Positions 17,173 through 24,992 are shown, numbered from the stretch's first letter. The stretch is 64,000 nucleotides of DNA from an uncultured Eubacteriales bacterium (GCA_900319465.1 ONOL01000001.1:32843-96842), one strand, 5' to 3'. Translations and numbers: made by a program. Notes: a model not told the origin generated them from the letters alone.

Positions 17173-18225
17173 TCAGCTCTGCTGCCGCCGCCTGCGGAAG
17201 AAGCCGCCGGCGAGGCAGATCAGGACCGCGACGCCCGCCACCATTGCCGAGCCCACGACGCCGGACACCGTGGTGCCCGCGGGCGTGTCGCTGTTCGAGA
17301 AGGCGTAGTCGGGCAGGAACGCGGTCTTCTCCTGGATGCCCGCCGCCGTTTCGGAGGCTTTGCTCTTGAGGCCGTAGTCGTCCTCATCGAGCCCCATGTT
17401 CTCGCTGTAACCCGCCTCGCTGTTGCCGAAGAGCGCCCACTCCAGCCCGTCGGGGTTGGAGCTGGCAAGCAGGCTCAGACCGCCGCCGACCACGAGCACC
17501 ACCGCGGCCAGCACCGCGATCACGGCCTTCAGGGAGCGCTTTCCGCCCGCGCCCTCCGCCGGGCTCAGCTCCTGCAGGAGCTCGGGGCGGGATTCATACA
17601 CGAACAGCAGCACCGCCGCGGTGACCAGGCCCTCCACGAGGCCGATGGCCAGGTGGATCGGCTGCATCAGCGCGACGAAGGCGCCGAAGGGCAGCTCGGT
17701 GATGCCGGAAAGGCTGGTCTCCAGCACGACGGAGAAAGCGCCGAGCTGCAGCGTGATCACGCAGCCGAGGACGGAGGCGAGGACGATGCGCCCGCGCTGG
17801 GCGCCCTTCTCCTCCCCGAAGAGACGGCTCTTCACGATGGGGCGCCAGATCAGAAAATAGCCGACAAAGCAGCCGTAGAACGCCATGTTCCAGACGTTCG
17901 CCCCCAGCGCCATCAAGCCGCCGTCGGCAAAGAACAGGCATTGGATCGTGAGGATCACGATCATGGACAGGAAGCCCGCGTAGGGGCCGAGCAGCGCGGA
18001 GAGCAGCATACCGCCGCACATATGGCCGGAGGAGCCGGTGCCGGGGATGGTGTAGTTGATCATCTGCCCCGCGAAGACCAGCGCGGCCGTGACCGCCATG
18101 GTCGGGAGCTTCTGCGGCTCGTCGTCCTTTCTCAGCTTGTGGATGGATACGCCGGCAACGGAGCCGGACGCCACGTACATCGTCGCGGCTACGGCGGGGG
18201 CCAGCAGCGCGTCTGCCATATGCAT
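17173..18225 (-). CDS. cbiM: CbiM/NikM-family ECF substrate-capture component fused to a PDGLE (CbiN-like) domain
   Basis: 350 aa. The N-terminus MHMADALL is the processed His2 metal-binding end typical of CbiM/NikM. The C-terminal part contains SSNPDGLEWA (PDGLE domain) plus a final TM segment. Confidence 0.85.
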   Translation of the reverse strand: MHMADALLAPAVAATMYVASGSVAGVSIHKLRKDDEPQKLPTMAVTAALVFAGQMINYTIPGTGSSGHMCGGMLLSALLGPYAGFLSMIVILTIQCLFFADGGLMALGANVWNMAFYGCFVGYFLIWRPIVKSRLFGEEKGAQRGRIVLASVLGCVITLQLGAFSVVLETSLSGITELPFGAFVALMQPIHLAIGLVEGLVTAAVLLFVYESRPELLQELSPAEGAGGKRSLKAVIAVLAAVVLVVGGGLSLLASSNPDGLEWALFGNSEAGYSENMGLDEDDYGLKSKASETAAGIQEKTAFLPDYAFSNSDTPAGTTVSGVVGSAMVAGVAVLICLAGGFFRRRRQQS

Positions 18226-18266
18226 GGGATCACCTCATTCGATCAAATTTTTGTTGGATTGCTGTC

Positions 18267-18295
18267 AGTATAGCGCCTCCTTTTTCCCGTCGCAA
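18267..18295 (-). promoter_or_regulatory. sigma-A-type promoter for cbiMNQO
   Basis: Minus strand: TTGCGA, 17 nt, TATACT. This leaves only a ~40-nt leader, too short for a riboswitch. Confidence 0.45.
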
Positions 18296-18318
18296 GCCCC
18301 CCGGGGGGATAGAAATGC

Positions 18319-18352
18319 AAAAAAAGCGCCCGGGGCGTCGCCCCGGGCGCGG
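18319..18352 (-). terminator. rho-independent terminator; copy 1 of a duplicated 28-nt GC hairpin
   Basis: Minus strand: GCGCCCGGGGC-GAC-GCCCCGGGCGC followed by TTTTTTT. The 28-mer AGCGCCCGGGGCGTCGCCCCGGGCGCGG (18325-18352) recurs exactly at 18561-18588. Confidence 0.7.
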
Positions 18353-18448
18353 AGACAGTCTAAAAACCGCGTGCAAGATTTGGACAATAGAGTCGCGGGG
18401 GAGCGCGAGGGGCAAGGCCCGCCTCGCGTTTGGATCACCCGCCGTCCG

Positions 18449-18474
18449 AAAAAGGCTGGGGGATCAGCCTTTTT
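18449..18474. terminator. symmetric A/T-flanked hairpin (bidirectional terminator-like)
   Basis: AAAAAGGCTG-GGGGAT-CAGCCTTTTT. Confidence 0.5.
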
Positions 18475-18560
18475 CGGGTAATGGCATTTTGCCCCGGGCA
18501 AAATGCCCGGCGGCAGAAGCGCCGTCAATGAAGTCCGGATCGGACTGCATTGACAAGCTG

Positions 18561-18588
18561 AGCGCCCGGGGCGTCGCCCCGGGCGCGG
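18561..18588. repeat. copy 2 of the duplicated 28-nt GC hairpin
   Basis: Exact repeat of 18325-18352. It sits 9 nt after the glmM stop and has no U-tract on the minus strand. Confidence 0.8.
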
Positions 18589-18596
18589 TATGCTGT

Positions 18597-19943
18597 TTAT
18601 GCCAGATGTCCCTTGGCCTTGATGACCTCGATCACGGAATCGACGTACTTCTCGCAGACCTCGTCGCTCTCGGCTTCCACCATAACGCGGATAACCGGCT
18701 CAGTGCCGCTCTCGCGCACGAGGATGCGCCCGGTGTCGCCCAAGGCGTCGGCAACGGCCTTGACCGCCGCCTGCACGTCGGGATCGTTCTGCGCGTCGGG
18801 CTTGGACTTGACGCGCACATTCTTCAAAACCTGCGGATAGAACACCACGGGGGCGGCCAGCTCGCTCATGGGCTTGCCCTTGGCCAGCATGACCTCCATG
18901 AGCTTGAGGCTCGTGAGGATGCCGTCGCCGGTGGTCTCGTACTTGAGGAAGATGGTGTGGCCGCTCTGCTCGCCGCCGATGCGGTGGCCGTTCTGGACCA
19001 TGTTCTCGTAGACGTACTTGTCGCCGACCTTGGTCTTTTCATACTCGATGCCGACCTTGTCGAGCGCCTTGTAGAGGCCGAAGTTCGACATGACGGTGGT
19101 GACGACCTTGTTGTTGAGGAGCTTGCCGCGCTCCTTCATGTACAGGCCGTAGATATAGAGCGTATGGTCGCCGGTGACGACCTGGCCCTTCTCGTCCACG
19201 CAGAGGCAGCGGTCGGCGTCGCCGTCGTAGGCGAAGCCCACGTCCAGTCCGTTTTCCACCACGTATTTCTGCAGGTGCCCGATATGGGTGGAGCCGCAGT
19301 CGGTATTGATGTTATAGCCGTCGGGCTCGGCGTTCATGACGTAGGTCTTGGCGCCCAGCGCGTCGAACACCGCCTTGGCGATCTGCCAGGAGGCGCCGTT
19401 GGCGCAGTCGAGGCCCACCTTCACGCCCTTGAAGCTGTATTTCGACATGGAGATCAGATGGCCGATGTAGCGGTTGCGGCCCGCCACGTAGTCCACGGTG
19501 CGGCCGATGGCTTCCCGCTCGGCCACGGGGATCTCCAGCTTGCCGTCGATGTAGTCCTCGACCTTCAGGATCGTCTCCTCCTCCATCTTCTCGCCGCTGC
19601 CGTTGAGCAGCTTGATGCCGTTGTCGTAGAAGGGGTTGTGGGAGGCGGAGATCATGATGCCGCAGTCGAAATCGTCCACACGGGTGATGTAGGCGACCGA
19701 CGGGGTGGTGGTCACGTGCATGATATAGGCGTCCGCGCCGGAGGCCATCAGGCCGGTGCACAGGGCGTACTCGAACATATAGGAGGAGCGGCGGGTGTCC
19801 TTGCCGATGACGATCTTGGCCTTTTTGCCCTGGTTGGCGCCGTAGTACCAGCCGAGAAAACGGCCGATCTTGATGGCGTGCTCATAGTCCAGCGTTTTGT
19901 TCGCTTCGCCGCGGAAGCCGTCTGTGCCGAAATATTTGCCCAT
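18597..19943 (-). CDS. glmM: phosphoglucosamine mutase
   Basis: 448 aa from the ATG at 19943: MGKYFGTDGFRGEAN..., active-site SASHNP, GEQSGH. The start overlaps the nagB stop by 1 nt (TAATG). Confidence 0.95.
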   Translation of the reverse strand: MGKYFGTDGFRGEANKTLDYEHAIKIGRFLGWYYGANQGKKAKIVIGKDTRRSSYMFEYALCTGLMASGADAYIMHVTTTPSVAYITRVDDFDCGIMISASHNPFYDNGIKLLNGSGEKMEEETILKVEDYIDGKLEIPVAEREAIGRTVDYVAGRNRYIGHLISMSKYSFKGVKVGLDCANGASWQIAKAVFDALGAKTYVMNAEPDGYNINTDCGSTHIGHLQKYVVENGLDVGFAYDGDADRCLCVDEKGQVVTGDHTLYIYGLYMKERGKLLNNKVVTTVMSNFGLYKALDKVGIEYEKTKVGDKYVYENMVQNGHRIGGEQSGHTIFLKYETTGDGILTSLKLMEVMLAKGKPMSELAAPVVFYPQVLKNVRVKSKPDAQNDPDVQAAVKAVADALGDTGRILVRESGTEPVIRVMVEAESDEVCEKYVDSVIEVIKAKGHLA

Positions 19944-20734
19944 TACAGACGCTCCTTCCTCTCGATATCGAGGAAGTACTTGTAGGTATCCACGGTCAGC
20001 TCGCCGCAGGCGGCCTCGTCGCAGGCGATGATGGCGCCGTTGTGCATCTGCAGCGCGGAGCAGGTCCACTTGTGGCTGACGTTGCCCTCCACGGTGGCGG
20101 CGAGGGCGCGGGCCTTGTTGTGGCCGGAGATGAGCACGAGGACCTCCTTGGAATCGGTCACGGTGCCGATGCCGACGGAGAGCGCCTGCGCGGGGACCTT
20201 CTCGGGGTCGCCCCCAAAGAAGCGGGAGTTGACGATGCGGGTGTCGGTGGTCAGGTCGCGCACGCCGGTGCGGGAGCAAAGGGAGGTGAAGGGCTCGTTG
20301 AAGGCCAGGTGCCCGTCCACGCCGATGCCGCCCATGAAGAGGTCGATGCCGCCGTAGGAGGCGATCTTGGCCTCGTAGCGGGCGCACTCGCCCTCGGGAT
20401 CGTCGGTCATGCCGTTGAGGATGTTGATGTTCTCCGGCTTCATGTCCACAAGGTGGTCAAAGAGATTGTCGTGCATGAAGTACCAGTAGCTCTGGTCGTG
20501 CTCATGGGGCAGGCCGAGGTATTCGTCCATGTTGAAGGTGACGACGTTCCGGAAGCTCACTTCGCCCGCCTTGTTCCTCCGCACGAGCTCCTTGTACACG
20601 CCGATGGGGCTGGAGCCGGTGGGAAGGCCGAGCACGAAGGGGCGATCCTCCTTGTGGGCGTTGATCTTCGCGACGATGTAATCGGCCGCCCATTTGCACA
20701 TCTTGTCGTAATTGTCCTGGATCACAACACGCAT
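19943..20734 (-). CDS. nagB: glucosamine-6-phosphate deaminase/isomerase (NagB, ~266-aa E. coli-like type)
   Basis: 263 aa: FVLGLPTGSSPIGVYKEL...FNMDEY...GGIGVDGHLAFNEP. Confidence 0.9.
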   Translation of the reverse strand: MRVVIQDNYDKMCKWAADYIVAKINAHKEDRPFVLGLPTGSSPIGVYKELVRRNKAGEVSFRNVVTFNMDEYLGLPHEHDQSYWYFMHDNLFDHLVDMKPENINILNGMTDDPEGECARYEAKIASYGGIDLFMGGIGVDGHLAFNEPFTSLCSRTGVRDLTTDTRIVNSRFFGGDPEKVPAQALSVGIGTVTDSKEVLVLISGHNKARALAATVEGNVSHKWTCSALQMHNGAIIACDEAACGELTVDTYKYFLDIERKERL

Positions 20735-20757
20735 TTTTCGTTTCTCCTTTTCAGATA

Positions 20758-21414
20758 TCAGTATTTCTCAACGATGTCACCGCTGTTCTTGAAAATGCTG
20801 TTCTCGGGAACCACGCCGCGCACGCAGGAGGTTGGGTAGACGTTGCTGTGCCGCCCGATGACGGTACCGGGGTTGCAGACGCTGTTGCAGCCGACCTCCA
20901 CATAGTCGCCCAGCATGGCGCCGAACTTCTTGATGCCGGTCTCGATCTGCTCGGTGCCGTTGTGTACGACGACCAGCTTTTTGTCGCTTTTGACGTTGGA
21001 GGTAATGGAGCCCGCGCCCATGTGGCTGTAATAGCCGAGGATCGAGTCGCCCACGTAGTTGTAGTGGGGGGTCTGCACGTGGTCGAAGAGGATCACGTTC
21101 TTGAGCTCCACGGAGTTGCCGACGACGCAGTTCGCGCCCACGAGGGCGGAGCCGCGGATAAAGGCGCAGTGGCGCACCTCGGTCTCCGGCCCGATGATGC
21201 AGGGCGCGCCGAGATAGGCCGATGGGAAGACCTTCGCCGTCTTATGCACCCAGACGTGCTCGGAAACTTCCTCATAGTCCTCGCCAAGCGTCGGGCCGAG
21301 GCGCAGGATCAGGTCCTTGATGCCCTTGAGCGCCTCCCAGGGATAGGTAAAGCCGCGCAGGTAGTCCGCCGCGAGCGTATGGTCCAGATCGTATAGATCG
21401 CTGATGGTATACAT
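20758..21414 (-). CDS. left-handed beta-helix (hexapeptide-repeat) acyltransferase, GlmU C-terminal-domain-like (putative GlcN-1-P N-acetyltransferase)
   Basis: 218 aa with successive hexapeptide turns (IIGPETEVRHCAFIRGSALVGANCVVGNSVELKNVILFDHVQTPHYNYVGDSILGYYSHMGAGSITSN). It has no nucleotidyltransferase domain. A GGAGG RBS precedes the start. First gene after the glmS ribozyme. Confidence 0.65.
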   Translation of the reverse strand: MYTISDLYDLDHTLAADYLRGFTYPWEALKGIKDLILRLGPTLGEDYEEVSEHVWVHKTAKVFPSAYLGAPCIIGPETEVRHCAFIRGSALVGANCVVGNSVELKNVILFDHVQTPHYNYVGDSILGYYSHMGAGSITSNVKSDKKLVVVHNGTEQIETGIKKFGAMLGDYVEVGCNSVCNPGTVIGRHSNVYPTSCVRGVVPENSIFKNSGDIVEKY

Positions 21415-21439
21415 ATGCTGTTACTGCCTCCATTGATGA

Positions 21440-21592
21440 ACTGGGACTGCCTCGTGTCAAGAAAAGCTCTGTTACCGTGTTGATTCGGCTTTTTTCCTCT
21501 TCTCTGACGGCTCACGCAAGCCGTGGCAGCATCCGCCGAGTCTTTCGATCACTGCCAACCTCGTCGACCGGTCGCGGTCCTGGCGCTAACAG
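21440..21592 (-). ncRNA. glmS ribozyme: glmS ribozyme (GlcN6P-activated self-cleaving riboswitch)
   Basis: Minus strand reads GUU-A|GCGCCAGGAC-CGCGAC-CGGUC-GACGAGGU-UGGCAG-UGAUCGAAAGAC-UCGGCGGAUG-CUGCCA-CGGCUUGCGUGAGCCG-UCAGAGAAGAGGAAAAAAGC...GCUUUUCUU. This matches the conserved core blocks AGCGCCAGRAC, the P1 hairpin, GACGAGG, CGAA, UCGGCGGAUGC, the compensatory UGGCAG/CUGCCA helix (GGAGG/CCUCC in Bacillus), and the P3 and P4 hairpins. The predicted cleavage site is between 21587 and 21586. Confidence 0.8.
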
Positions 21593-21762
21593 GCCCCGGC
21601 CTCCTCCCCGGCCGGAACGTGCTTTGTTCGGGCGGCCGCATCCCGCGTGCAGTCCGTCGCACGGGATGCGGGGTCACCATACTGTTTTTGTATTGTACTC
21701 CGAAATCGCTCCGGCCGCAAGGAAAAGATACGGCCGGGGCGTCTCACGCCCGTAATATTTGT

Positions 21763-21791
21763 ATTTTACCATATTCTGTCGGCGTTTTCAA
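21763..21791 (-). promoter_or_regulatory. sigma-A-type promoter for the ribozyme-led operon
   Basis: Minus strand: TTGAAA, 17 nt, TAAAAT with a TGg extended -10. It lies ~165 nt upstream of the ribozyme cleavage site. Confidence 0.45.
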
Positions 21792-21855
21792 CAGAATCCG
21801 CCGCTTCCTTTTGGTCATTGCGTCTAAGACGCCGGCACCGGGCAGGCCGCTTCGC

Positions 21856-21884
21856 TTGACGCTGTTTCAGAAAACGGTTATACT
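21856..21884 (+). promoter_or_regulatory. sigma-A-type promoter for cls
   Basis: TTGACG, 17 nt, TATACT. It is back-to-back with the divergent promoter at 21763-21791. Confidence 0.45.
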
Positions 21885-21914
21885 TGTCTTATCTGACGGA
21901 ACGGAGGCTGGCCG

Positions 21915-23495
21915 ATGGGCGTTGAGCGCGATCAAAGACCGGGACTGCGGCTGCTGAAAAAGGGCCGCAGGGGCCTGCTGCGCGCGGTATTCAGCCGGGC
22001 GGGGCTGTTTTTTCTGCTCATTGTGCTGCAGGCGGTGATCCTGATCTTCCTCTTCGGGCGGCTGCGGGACTTCCTGCCCCACGCCGTGACGCTCTCCGCC
22101 CTGTTTTCCGGCGTGATGGCGCTCTTTCTGCTCAACAGCCGCCACAACCCCAGCGCCAAGCTCACCTGGATCGTGGTCATCATGCTCTTTCCCGTCGTCG
22201 GATCGCTGCTCTACCTTTTCACGCGCAACGATCTCGGCCACCGCATGCTGCGCGACCGCTACGCCGCGCTCACCGAAGCGACGCGCAACCGCGTCCCGCA
22301 GGACGAGGAGGCCTTCGCGCGCCTCGCCGCGCAGGCGCCGGACGCCGTCGGCCTCGTGCGCTACGTCAACCGCACCGGCTGCTACCCGGTCTTTAACGAG
22401 AGCGAGTGCCGCTATTTCCCGCTGGGGGACGCGCTGTTCCCCGTGCTGCTGGAGGAGCTGGAGAAGGCGGAGCGCTTCATCTTCCTGGAGTTTTTTATCG
22501 TGGACGAGGGCCTGATGTGGGGGCAGGTGCTGGAGATCCTCGCCCGCAAGGCCTCCGAGGGCCTTACGGTGCGGCTGATGTACGACGGGAGCTGCGAGTT
22601 CTTCACGCTGCCGCGGGACTATCCGAAGCGGCTGAGCCTGCTCGGCATCGAATGCCGCCCCTTCGCGCCCATCGCGCCCTTCGTCTCCACCCACTACAAC
22701 TACCGCGACCACCGCAAGCTGCTCGTCATCGACGGCAAGGTGGCCTTTACGGGCGGCGTCAACCTGGCCGACGAGTATATCAACGAGGTCAGGCGCTTTG
22801 GGCACTGGAAGGATACCGCCGTGTGCCTGCGCGGCGAGGCCGCCCGGAGCTTCACGCTGATGTTCCTGCAGATGTGGAATCTGAGCGAGAAGGAGCCGGA
22901 CTTCCGCTTCTTTCCGGACGCGCCCGCCGAGCGCTTCCCCGACGCCTCCGGCTTCGTCATGCCCTATGCCGACTGCCCGCTGGACGAAGACCGGGTCGGC
23001 GAGTGGCTGTATCTGGACATCCTCAACCGCGCGCAGCGCTACGTCTACATCATGACGCCCTATCTGATCCTCGACGGCGAGATGGAGACGGCGCTGAAGT
23101 TTGCCGCCGAGCGCGGCGTGGACGTCGAGATCCTGCTGCCGGGCATCCCGGACAAGAAGCTGCCCTACGCGCTGGCCCGGACGCACTACCCCTCGCTCCT
23201 GCGCTCGGGCGTGAAGATCTATGAGTACCGCCCCGGCTTCGTGCACGCCAAGGTCTTCGTCAGCGACGACCGGGAGGCCGCGGTGGGCACGATCAATCTG
23301 GATTACCGCAGCCTCTACCACCACTTCGAGTGCGCCGCGTGGATGCGGGACACGGACTGCATCCCGGAGATCCGGGAGGATTTTCTGCAAACCCGTCGTT
23401 TCTGCCGCGAGATCGACGCCGGGGCGCTCGGGCGGGAGCGCTGGACGGTGAAGCTCGCGGGCTTCCTTATGAAGATCATCGCCCCGCTGATGTAA
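21915..23495 (+). CDS. cls: cardiolipin synthase (PLD superfamily)
   Basis: 526 aa with N-terminal TM helices. Two HKD motifs are present (HRKLLVIDGKVAFTGGVNLADEY and HAKVFVSDDREAAVGTINLDYRS). Confidence 0.9.
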   Translation: MGVERDQRPGLRLLKKGRRGLLRAVFSRAGLFFLLIVLQAVILIFLFGRLRDFLPHAVTLSALFSGVMALFLLNSRHNPSAKLTWIVVIMLFPVVGSLLYLFTRNDLGHRMLRDRYAALTEATRNRVPQDEEAFARLAAQAPDAVGLVRYVNRTGCYPVFNESECRYFPLGDALFPVLLEELEKAERFIFLEFFIVDEGLMWGQVLEILARKASEGLTVRLMYDGSCEFFTLPRDYPKRLSLLGIECRPFAPIAPFVSTHYNYRDHRKLLVIDGKVAFTGGVNLADEYINEVRRFGHWKDTAVCLRGEAARSFTLMFLQMWNLSEKEPDFRFFPDAPAERFPDASGFVMPYADCPLDEDRVGEWLYLDILNRAQRYVYIMTPYLILDGEMETALKFAAERGVDVEILLPGIPDKKLPYALARTHYPSLLRSGVKIYEYRPGFVHAKVFVSDDREAAVGTINLDYRSLYHHFECAAWMRDTDCIPEIREDFLQTRRFCREIDAGALGRERWTVKLAGFLMKIIAPLM

Positions 23496-23598
23496 TACGG
23501 ATACCCCAGAACAAGACACTCTTTGCGTCTTCTGACAGCCGGACGATTATTGCGGGCAACCGTTCCTGCACTTTTTCATGCTTTCTTGGCATGGTTTA

Positions 23599-23637
23599 CC
23601 CCCTGATGCAGTACTTCTATTTTCCTACATCAGGGGG
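23599..23637 (+). terminator. possible cls terminator hairpin
   Basis: CCCCCTGATG ...19-nt loop... CATCAGGGGG, followed by T-rich sequence. The loop is larger than usual. Confidence 0.35.
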
Positions 23638-23658
23638 CTCTTTGTCTATTGTCCGTTT

Positions 23659-23820
23659 TTACTGGTTCGGTTCACGGAGGAAAGCGTGACGGGTCTTTTT
23701 TGCACCGCGCCGCAAGACGGTGCGGATGCGGCCTTCGCCGGGGGCCGGGCGCAGCATAACCTCGCCTAAGGTTACGGCGTCAAAACGGCATTCTTCTCTC
23801 GGTCTCGGCTTCCGTTCCAT
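23659..23820 (-). pseudogene. kdgK: truncated remnant of 2-dehydro-3-deoxygluconokinase (kdgK 5' fragment)
   Basis: A 53-codon ORF starts 2 nt after the eda stop: MERKPRPREECRFDAVTLGEVMLRPAPGEGRIRTV... Residues 12-35 follow the KdgK/PfkB N-terminal pattern (xxDVVTFGEIMLRLSPPxxxRIxQT). The match then stops, and I found no GGAExN continuation in any frame. Confidence 0.5.
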
Positions 23821-23822
23821 CT

Positions 23823-24464
23823 TCAGGCCCGTGCCTCTTCCACGATCTCGCGGGACTTTCGGCAGAGCTCCGTGATCTCGTCCCACTTGTTGTTGTCGAT
23901 CAGGTCGGCGGTGACCATGTAGCTGCCGCCGCAGGCCGCGATGACCGGGCAGGACAGGTACTCTTTCAGGTTTTTCAGGCTGATGCCGCCCGTGGGCATG
24001 ACCTTGAACATGGGGAAGGGCGCGGAGAGCGCCTTGATCTTGGCAAGGCCGCCCGACTGCTCGGCCGGGAAGAACTTGATCAGCTCCAGGCCGAACTTCA
24101 GCGCCTGGTGGTACTCGCTGGCGGTGGTGCAGCCGGGGTAGATCGGGATGTCCTTCTCCTGCGCGCAGGCCACGAGCTCCGGGTCGAAGCCGGGGCTGAC
24201 GATGAAGTCGCCGCCCGCGGCGATCACCGCGTCGATCTGGGCGGTGTTTGTGACGGTGCCCGCGCCCACGAACATGTCGGGGCAGGCTTCCTTCATCAGC
24301 TTGATGGCCTTGTCCGCGCCGGCGGCGCGGAAGGTGACCTCCGCGACCGGCACGCCGCCCGCGCACAGGGCCTTGGCAAGACCCACGGCGTCGCGCTCGG
24401 GGTGGTTGAGCTTGATGACCGGCACCACGCCGATCCGGGAGATCGCGGTGTTCATGGCATTCAT
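23823..24464 (-). CDS. eda: KDPG / 4-hydroxy-2-oxoglutarate aldolase
   Basis: 213 aa from the ATG at 24464 (AGGAGG RBS): MNAMNTAISRIGVVPVIKL...AEVTFR...GAGTV...VSPG...KFFPAE...MPTGGI. Confidence 0.9.
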   Translation of the reverse strand: MNAMNTAISRIGVVPVIKLNHPERDAVGLAKALCAGGVPVAEVTFRAAGADKAIKLMKEACPDMFVGAGTVTNTAQIDAVIAAGGDFIVSPGFDPELVACAQEKDIPIYPGCTTASEYHQALKFGLELIKFFPAEQSGGLAKIKALSAPFPMFKVMPTGGISLKNLKEYLSCPVIAACGGSYMVTADLIDNNKWDEITELCRKSREIVEEARA

Positions 24465-24619
24465 TCGGGGTTCCTCCTGTATGTTCCTAAAATATGGATA
24501 AAACGGATATCTTTTCCCTGTTCGCCGCCGAAGCGCCCTGCTGAGGGCCGCGCCGCCCGGCGCCGCTCTCATATCCCCCTCCCCCTGCTCATATACATGG
24601 AAGCAAGAGAGAGTAGGGA

Positions 24620-24895
24620 GTGGTGTCTTTGCGTACCAACATCGAGGAGAGGGCCGTGGAGCTGGCCGAATACATCATTGAAAACCGCTGTACCGTCCGC
24701 GCCGCCGCCGCCCGCTTCGGCGTCAGCAAATCCACCGTGCATAAGGATCTGACCGAGCGCCTGCCGGGGATCCGCCCGGCGCTCTTCCGCCGGGTGCGCG
24801 CGCTTCTGGATCTCAACAAGGCCGAGCGGCATATCCGCGGCGGGCTCGCCACCCGGCGGAAGTACCGGGGAGAGCAGGCGGCGGGAGAGCTCTGA
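24620..24895 (+). CDS. spoIIID: sporulation transcriptional regulator SpoIIID
   Basis: The block FGVSKSTVHKDLTERLP...RHIRGGLATRRKY is almost identical to the B. subtilis SpoIIID HTH and basic tail. The start codon is GTG; the exact start is uncertain by one codon. Confidence 0.9.
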   Translation: MVSLRTNIEERAVELAEYIIENRCTVRAAAARFGVSKSTVHKDLTERLPGIRPALFRRVRALLDLNKAERHIRGGLATRRKYRGEQAAGEL

Positions 24896-24945
24896 AAAAA
24901 ACATCGCGTTCTGAGCGCCGCCCTTCCGGGGCGCGACGAAAACTC

Positions 24946-24980
24946 GGGCTGAGAAAAACCGTGTTTTTTCTCAGCCCTTT
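24946..24980. terminator. bidirectional rho-independent terminator
   Basis: GGGCTGAGAAAAA-CCGTGT-TTTTTCTCAGCCC-TTT, between convergent spoIIID and the GT4 gene. Confidence 0.65.
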
Positions 24981-24992
24981 GCTTCCTCGTTC

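Noticed and set aside
18226-18596. Cobalamin or NiCo riboswitch upstream of cbiM
   Set aside because: I saw no B12-box-like or GCCACUG-type conserved blocks. A good promoter lies only ~40 nt from the cbiM RBS, downstream of a strong terminator. The structured segment further upstream is reported separately as an unexplained element.
21647-21859. 70-aa plus-strand ORF in the ribozyme/cls intergenic region
   Set aside because: It has no RBS, overlaps two divergent promoters and the ribozyme leader, and its composition is not protein-like.
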